Part shown: piece by piece, positions 27,501-33,001 of the stretch
Numbering within the stretch: position 1 is the first letter of the stretch
Layout of the letters: each line of letters begins with the position of its first letter
Source of the DNA: Candidatus Kapaibacterium sp.
Lineage (GTDB): Bacteria; Bacteroidota; Ignavibacteria; Kapaibacteriales; UBA961
Direction: 5' to 3'
Assembly (NCBI GenBank): GCA_023259575.1
Contig: JALRHN010000003.1
Coordinates: forward strand, 1-33,001
Length of the DNA stretch: 33,001 nt
Position numbers and translations under genes: made by a program
The notes under the pieces: model-generated
What the model saw: only the letters and a program-made list of their open reading frames with translations
The model's database searches: none
Told to the model about the DNA's origin: nothing

Positions 27501-30500
27501 CCCCATAGGGAATTAAATTTGGCATAGATCCATCGCCATGTAAAAAGAATTTTAATTTTTTATAATAAAACACATCCAAATTTCGCATAATTCGAACTGC
27601 CATCCTTTCTTGTCCGGCGGGTAGGTTTTTCACGCCTACAGATAAAGACTGTTCATTTAGGCGAACATCCTGCATTGGGTCTGGATTATTAATTTGTCTG
27701 GGGCGCTGTACTCCAGGCGGTAATGTATATTTATCCGGCAATCCACTATTTTCTTCAACACCTACATATTGAACACTTAAAATGCTATCATTGGCATTTA
27801 CATTTGGTTGATATCCATTATTTCTAATCCATTGTCCACCTGTAAATTTCCATTCTGCTACATTTAATACTATTGGTGCGCCCTTAAACCACACTCTTAC
27901 GTATTGAATATTGGAAAAGGTTGGATTTCCAACTGTTCTTGTAGGACGTCTTAAAGGAATCCTGAAAAAATACCAACCAGCCCCTTGTTTACCTTCACCA
28001 ACAATTTGGGGATTTCTTCTTGCATCTAAATCGAGATTAACTTTATAGCTAAAATAACTATTATCTAAAGCAATAGTTTGGCCATTATTATTATTCAGAA
28101 TTTCTCTATCTGGGAATTGTCCAGATTCAGCAAGAGTTGCATTATTTTCAAAATTATTATAAAACCTAAACATCGTGTCGGTTTGAAACTGCCTATCAAT
28201 CAAGAAGTTAAAGTAATAATTGTCTCTGGCAGGATCTTTTTCTTGATTAAGTGGATATGGATATGAAATGCCAGGTATAGAAGAATTCTTTTCATCTTGA
28301 TCACTGATTCCATCATATCCTACATCTTCACCTATATCTATGATATTATTTGGTATTGGACTTTCTTTGGTAATGCCATCTTCGGTATTTAAGGTTGAAT
28401 TTCCAATGACATCTTCGCTGATTTGTCCTAAATCTATCCACATTTCTGAATTAGAAAATAAGACATCGAATTTTACCACCATTTCTAGATAATCAATATT
28501 TTCTGTTTCAAAATTTGTGTTAAAAGTTGAAAATAAACGCTGAATACCACCCCAAGTTCTATACTGATTTCTTGATAAATAGTCTAAATACTTTGATGAA
28601 TCTTGTTCAAAAACCGGATTTAATCTATCTACGAAATTTGGATTTCTATTGTAAATTCCACGATATTCAGGAAAGAATCTAAGTTTTAAATCATTGATTG
28701 TTGTTAATCTGCCTCTGGTATCTCGATTTGGATATACATCTGTAATGGGAGTTTGACCCAAGAAATATTGATACCAATAGCTTTGACCTCTAAACCATGA
28801 TTCTGCTTTTGATAGTGGATCATCATATAAGGTGGAATCTTCTGGTATTGAAATATGAGACCATTGCTGAGGGGTTAATCCTAGTGAAATACTTCTTTGT
28901 GCTCCTTCAAAATCATCTACATAAGCAACTGCTGCACCATTATCAGAAGGTATATCAGAAATCCTTTTATTTGGCGTGGGTAGCATTGCTGCTACTTCCC
29001 CACGAAGCGTTAGTGTGGATTTTTCTTTCGTATCATAAAAAGGCATCGCATCTAATGCTTTTGTTAAAAAAGGTAAAGTAAGATTTAGATTACCATCAAT
29101 GCCAATCATCGTGTTTGATACTGGTTCTTCATTTACTCTAACTCTATCAAAAATCAAAGCTTGATTATAATGCATAAAAGTTAAACCAAGATTTCCGCTC
29201 CCTGATCTTCTTTTGAACACTTCCATATCTGCTCGTAAACCAAGCATTGTTCTTGTTGCAAGATTGAATAAGTCATTTTGTTCATATTCAATGCTCAGAT
29301 TAGCATTTGGTAATGATGCCCTTGGATTTGTTAATGTAACTTGTCCTGTAAAATACTCTACATAATAGTCTTGATTTTCTTTTAATGGTGAACCATCTAA
29401 TGTAACTTTTACGCTTCCTGGTGATAAATTGAATGCTCCTAAAGAGATTTTACCTCCACCAGTATTCATAGTTCCAGTCGCTTCTCCACTTATTAAAAAT
29501 CTATCTCTATCATTAGATCTTTTAGCAATTTCTACGATTTCATTATAAACTTGTGGATATCGATATCTATTGGCTATTTGTGGAGAACCTTGTGCAGCAA
29601 AATAACGAACTAATCCACTATCAAAAGGCATCCTTTCAGGGAATATTATTTCGCCTCTTACTGGATTAAAAAATGGTGATCCTTGTTGTTGATATTGAAC
29701 TGGCAATTGTGAATTTGGCGTTGTACCACCAGTACCTCCTGTATTGCCAGTATTCATTTGATTTTGTTGTTGCTGTTGTTGCGGACTCCCCAAATCGAAC
29801 ATTCCATCTGGTTTAGCTGTTCCATCTGAGTTATTTACTCTGTCAACACCAAGTATAGTAACAACTTTATCACTAGATCCTTCTAATACATCAGAAGAAT
29901 CATTATTTGCCCTCATATACCATATATTTAATTTCAAATCTGCCAGATTAACATTTGTTTGGCCGATACTAAATATATTTCTCATCTGGCGTTTCCATAT
30001 AGTAGAAAACCCAGGTTGCATATTTGGACGATATACCAATTTTAATAATAAAGTATCTTTAGGCTGTAAAGTATTAGAAATAGTTCCAAAATCAACATCA
30101 TCTGATGCATCGCTGGTAGGACCTTCTATTCTATATGCTACGCCATAGCTTCTATCTGTTTTAAGACCTGTAATTGTCAATCTTCCCAAATTCTCATCAT
30201 ATTGATAGAATTTAGGATCTAGTTTTAAATATTTTCCTCTTTCTGTAAATCCCGCTACAGGAGGAATGCTTTTTAATGAAGCTGGATAATAAGAGGGGAT
30301 TGCTCCTACACGATTAATTGCATTTAAGGTATCAATTAAAATTCCTTCTGCTGCCTGCGATGCTTGTTGAACATCTACTGTCGATTCATAAACTTCTAGT
30401 AATTTAATTCGATTATATCGAGCTTGAGGAGTATTTGGCAATAATGGTATCTGAGCCTTGTAATAAGTATCCCAGATTCCAAAATATGCAGTATCTAAAA

Positions 30501-31569
30501 AGAAATTCTTTTTATCATAATCATATGCATTTAGTCTGAATGGTTGTCTTAAAGTACCTCCGCCAGATACATTTACTCGTTTTGATTCGCCGCGTCTTTG
30601 TGATACAACTGTTTTGAGATATACAGGACCAAATTGGAAATCGGTTCTTATTCCAAATAAGCTTTGGCTTCCCCCAATAAGAGTAGATGGTGTTGGAAAT
30701 TGAATATTTCCTACTTCAACTCTTTTAAAAATATCATCATCATTACCAGAAAAACCAACATTAAATCTATTATTTAAATCAAATTGCTGCCTGGTATTCC
30801 AGTCTACTCCCAGCTTTAACTTATCACCAATCTTTCCTGTGACATTTAAATTTATATCTTGCGTAAAAAATGGTCCAGATTGCGTTTGCCCAAATGGAGA
30901 AGCTGTCCCCATTTTTTGAGAATCCCATTGCCATCCTGCCCGAACATTAACATCGCCTGCTACATTGATACTAATTTCCGGTTTACCAAATATGCTTGAA
31001 ATTGGATTGGGTGGAACTGGAATACTTAATCCAGTAGCTTGACTTAAAATACCAGCTATATCAGAAGAAGACATAGCTTTTTTTAAATCATATGATTTAA
31101 CCATTGAATCCCATATTCTGCCTCTCTCTTTTTCTTTTCTGAGTGCTAGATATGTATCTAATTGTATGCTGTTTCCTGCAGACATAGATATATCATTAAA
31201 GGATTCTGTCTTCCTTACATCGGTAAGAGTAGAATCGATTGTCACATTGATATCATAACCAGGCGGAATTTTTAATGAATTGAATCTGTCTTTGCCGAAA
31301 TTTCCTCTGAAATTATTTTTGGGGACAAAAATTCCAGATAATGGTAATGGTTGATTGGCTGATGAGTCTTCGGAAACTTGATATTCAAGATAAGAAAAGG
31401 AGGGCCTTAAAAAATAGCTATTGCTTATTAATAGTGCAGCTCTAATTGATGTAAGTACTAAATCACTGCTTTCTAATTCTGCACTATGCACTGCATAAGT
31501 GTTCATGCTCAATAGATATATTGAACCTAGAATTATAGAGAGAAAACATTGACCTATCGTTCGCTTCAT
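24538..31569 (-). CDS. sprA: Type IX secretion system outer-membrane translocon SprA/Sov. Probable start ATG 31569.
   Basis: About 2340 aa with a signal peptide. SprA motifs Q.INLNVTGKIGDKL, EVGN, LI.GSQSLFG....QFG, AYVDDFEG, WGGI.R, DLG.ISED, NEQSL, W.DELRL, LADLG. Beta-strand-rich C-terminal half. Confidence 0.92.
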   Translation of the reverse strand: MKRTIGQCFLSIILGSIYLLSMNTYAVHSAELESSDLVLTSIRAALLISNSYFLRPSFSYLEYQVSEDSSANQPLPLSGIFVPKNNFRGNFGKDRFNSLKIPPGYDINVTIDSTLTDVRKTESFNDISMSAGNSIQLDTYLALRKEKERGRIWDSMVKSYDLKKAMSSSDIAGILSQATGLSIPVPPNPISSIFGKPEISINVAGDVNVRAGWQWDSQKMGTASPFGQTQSGPFFTQDINLNVTGKIGDKLKLGVDWNTRQQFDLNNRFNVGFSGNDDDIFKRVEVGNIQFPTPSTLIGGSQSLFGIRTDFQFGPVYLKTVVSQRRGESKRVNVSGGGTLRQPFRLNAYDYDKKNFFLDTAYFGIWDTYYKAQIPLLPNTPQARYNRIKLLEVYESTVDVQQASQAAEGILIDTLNAINRVGAIPSYYPASLKSIPPVAGFTERGKYLKLDPKFYQYDENLGRLTITGLKTDRSYGVAYRIEGPTSDASDDVDFGTISNTLQPKDTLLLKLVYRPNMQPGFSTIWKRQMRNIFSIGQTNVNLADLKLNIWYMRANNDSSDVLEGSSDKVVTILGVDRVNNSDGTAKPDGMFDLGSPQQQQQQNQMNTGNTGGTGGTTPNSQLPVQYQQQGSPFFNPVRGEIIFPERMPFDSGLVRYFAAQGSPQIANRYRYPQVYNEIVEIAKRSNDRDRFLISGEATGTMNTGGGKISLGAFNLSPGSVKVTLDGSPLKENQDYYVEYFTGQVTLTNPRASLPNANLSIEYEQNDLFNLATRTMLGLRADMEVFKRRSGSGNLGLTFMHYNQALIFDRVRVNEEPVSNTMIGIDGNLNLTLPFLTKALDAMPFYDTKEKSTLTLRGEVAAMLPTPNKRISDIPSDNGAAVAYVDDFEGAQRSISLGLTPQQWSHISIPEDSTLYDDPLSKAESWFRGQSYWYQYFLGQTPITDVYPNRDTRGRLTTINDLKLRFFPEYRGIYNRNPNFVDRLNPVFEQDSSKYLDYLSRNQYRTWGGIQRLFSTFNTNFETENIDYLEMVVKFDVLFSNSEMWIDLGQISEDVIGNSTLNTEDGITKESPIPNNIIDIGEDVGYDGISDQDEKNSSIPGISYPYPLNQEKDPARDNYYFNFLIDRQFQTDTMFRFYNNFENNATLAESGQFPDREILNNNNGQTIALDNSYFSYKVNLDLDARRNPQIVGEGKQGAGWYFFRIPLRRPTRTVGNPTFSNIQYVRVWFKGAPIVLNVAEWKFTGGQWIRNNGYQPNVNANDSILSVQYVGVEENSGLPDKYTLPPGVQRPRQINNPDPMQDVRLNEQSLSVGVKNLPAGQERMAVRIMRNLDVFYYKKLKFFLHGDGSMPNLIPYGASPKAQAFVRFGLDSANYYEIRRPLLEGWRDIEIDLPTLTSVKEKRSQVAAQNKVPVDPSERFIDTSSVFDPGFAIPVETQYIIKGNPILTRIQFVGYGIANPTTGSFPEDLSTNMWVDELRLIEPESSTDWAGIGSAELKLADLGTVNATYNQSNPNFHRLEERFGNRNQTLNWNVQMQGSLDKLLPKELKEMKIPISYTHGELVENPQFAAQSDVKIDAATKAAYESELVRTNGDEIESARVADSVRRRSQTIRVQDSWALSGFKFGIPVNHWLIKETINKINLSYDYSQTYERSPVVEERFKWNWRMKADYSVQLPNSVSVKPLTWIGDIPILGIYKDWKIFFLPTTFSTSVQFNRSRVTEKSRYLSFPSPVIRDFAAIRQAQFTWRMSENGLLNPVIDYSFTTGGTLVPLELDDAGRQREGSDLVRRVIMNGDRIIDFGQNTNHSQTVTLNIKPKLPDIGGLNNYMDNTGTFSTTYTWRNPLQRDTLVSDAVKQSSFQNTIRLTSNIRLKGLTDKWWGISAGSKTIDSNRTLLQSIGRVFKTIFFDYETITLNFKQENSSINQGVLGETGMTNFWRPIIGMNEDNSMGPSAAYQLGLVSQPHGGFSVLPSSSFPFIRFTTYDGNRPKNSILPDNFFQKSELEFRTNRPLWTGATIDINWKSSFGFNRNQLDSTDSEGNSRFTNIVMSTTYNRTYLSLPKFLIFAPLNNSIEHVIELYNNQKPIISALYPTDTLRQNQALRDALSNSFEDGLGTNFMGFLPREILRVLPSMNWTLRWDGVEKLPLFSGLAKRVTFEHAYKSTYQESSTRTDNGTIPGSQQIQSGFEPLFGIQMTFDESKLNGLLTGSFRFTTKQNYTLQPTSSVIQGESVTDATIQANYNRRGFKFKLLGLDLQNDMEFALNASYKRTLRSTYDVLNLTSADGQKLDGNTQIIIEPSARYGISNRVTARFFMRYETTINQGAASPGFSKYQVGMDIKVSVSGGR

Positions 31570-31805
31570 TCTTTCAACAATAAATAATGCAACCAAAACA
31601 GATTTGTACTGCTAGTTGAATTGAATAATTCGATAATCTATTCAATTGCTATTAACGTTATACAATTCAGAAACACAATAAAAAATTGTACCAATGGCGC
31701 AAATATTGACTCAATTTGTTGAAATAATGATATATGTTGAGTGCAAATTACTTTGTGAAAAGCAACTCAGCAAATATTTTACAAAAAAACAGAAATATTT
31801 TTTGC

Positions 31806-33001
31806 TTATCTATTAATTATTAATGGTTTACAGCTTGTATAAATTCCTGCCCTAAAGATGCAATAATAAATTCCTGGAGCTAAAAACTCTGTAGAAAATG
31901 GAATAGATTTATGTTCATTTGATTTCATATGTCCATTATATAGTTCTAATAACTCTCCGCCTTGTACCGAACAAATAATTATCTTTCCTGGAATATCATA
32001 TGGAGAAAAACATTGGATAAGCGCTTGTTCAGAATGATTCATTGCTTGATACACATCAAATGTAAACCCACCTAAAGCAATATGAATATCTTTATAGCCT
32101 TCTCCACAAACTGAATCTAGTGTAAAAGAGCCACTTATTGGTGGATTAATTTTGAAAAAATTAGGGCAATCTTCTCTTCCAAACTTTGATGAATCTTTCT
32201 TAATTGTTATAAAGTTTTTTTCATTTGGTGCTGCTATATATGTATCAAATACAAGATTAGCTAAAATTGGATTTTCAACAAAACCATCACTTTTAGTTTT
32301 TATAGCTAATTCTATCTGTGTACTTGTTCCTATTTGTTTTTCTGTTACATATACATTGCTATTTGCTGTTGCAGTACCTTCAGTAAATACTGTATCAAAA
32401 CGAAAGGCATAGGAATTATCATATAGTATAGATGTTTTGAAAGATGAAGCGTAGAGTAAAGACTTAGATCCAGAATCAATCTTAACTGGGATGAAAACTT
32501 TTTTACTTGGTGCACTTTTAACATTACCAATTGAAAGTGAAATAATTTCTGGTACTATACCATTTCCCCTAAGAAAAATAGTGTCTCTCTGTAGTGATTG
32601 AGTATTAGCATTCCTTACAGAATTTGATATCAAAATGAGGGTATCTTTGCTTATGCCAGAAGTTGAAGATTTTGGTGTAAAACTAATTGTATAAATTTGG
32701 CTTTTATTAGAATCAATTGTTAATTGACTTTTTGGTAAGATATCAAAATCTCCTTTACCTACAGTCGACAAAAACTCTGGTTTATATACAATCAAATTTA
32801 AATTTCCAGAATTGGTAATTTTAATTGTTCGAATTTTTGAAATACTATCACATACAGTATTCTCTTCTGACGGAACCACAATATCTTCGAATTCAATTGT
32901 ATCTTGATCTTTTACGAAAACAGGGGCTTGCCCTCTTCCTTTGATGTCGAAAGTAATTATACTATCGGTTGGACTATTCCTCACTCTTGATTTAATATCT
33001 G
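31806..33001 (-). CDS. Large secreted Ig-fold protein (ASH/choice-of-anchor D-like repeats, cohesin-like domain, T9SS CTD); partial, open to window end
   Basis: The frame has no stop between 32984 and the window edge. I.ITNSG..NL...I.FTP....DTL..ISN...L.G.G repeat, a cohesin-like segment, and C-terminal G....LYNG...LAPGIYYC...K.LII. Confidence 0.7.
   Translation of the reverse strand, partial: DIKSRVRNSPTDSIITFDIKGRGQAPVFVKDQDTIEFEDIVVPSEENTVCDSISKIRTIKITNSGNLNLIVYKPEFLSTVGKGDFDILPKSQLTIDSNKSQIYTISFTPKSSTSGISKDTLILISNSVRNANTQSLQRDTIFLRGNGIVPEIISLSIGNVKSAPSKKVFIPVKIDSGSKSLLYASSFKTSILYDNSYAFRFDTVFTEGTATANSNVYVTEKQIGTSTQIELAIKTKSDGFVENPILANLVFDTYIAAPNEKNFITIKKDSSKFGREDCPNFFKINPPISGSFTLDSVCGEGYKDIHIALGGFTFDVYQAMNHSEQALIQCFSPYDIPGKIIICSVQGGELLELYNGHMKSNEHKSIPFSTEFLAPGIYYCIFRAGIYTSCKPLIINR

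Noticed and set aside
31695-31771. Plus-strand sigma54-like TGGCGC-N5-TTGA and an imperfect TGAGT...ACTCA hairpin in the sprA upstream spacer
   Set aside because: The site points away from sprA and lacks the -12 C. The hairpin is weak, with a large loop.

Overview
AT-rich (roughly 30% GC by eye), gene-dense core-chromosome segment. It most likely comes from a deep-branching FCB-group bacterium (Ca. Kapabacteria / Ignavibacteria / Chlorobiota-like). That placement is an inference from the SprA translocon, two T9SS C-terminal-domain cargo proteins, the NTP-transferase/degenerate phosphomannomutase fusion, and TAnnTTTG promoters alongside SD-like RBSs. Almost everything is on the minus strand. 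In transcription order: partial T9SS cargo protein, sprA, GT9 heptosyltransferase | accC-type biotin carboxylase (only plus-strand gene) | NTP-transferase/PMM-like fusion, GH27 alpha-galactosidase with T9SS CTD, PTS EIIA, secreted coiled-coil protein, murI, two Opp/Dpp permeases, holA, rpsT, tRNA-Arg(ACG), rpsO, pnp, DUF3179 protein, ABC exporter, SPFH protein, AddB-like nuclease, RluE-like pseudouridine synthase, partial rsmE. I see no mobile element, CRISPR array, prophage or recognisable defence island, and cannot claim a clearly new system. The best leads are: a long RNA hairpin in the pnp leader within an rpsT-tRNA-rpsO-pnp unit; a catalytically degenerate PMM fusion clustered with a secreted glycosidase and a lone EIIA; an AddB-like Fe-S nuclease with no adjacent AddA; and low-complexity insertions in PNPase and SprA.
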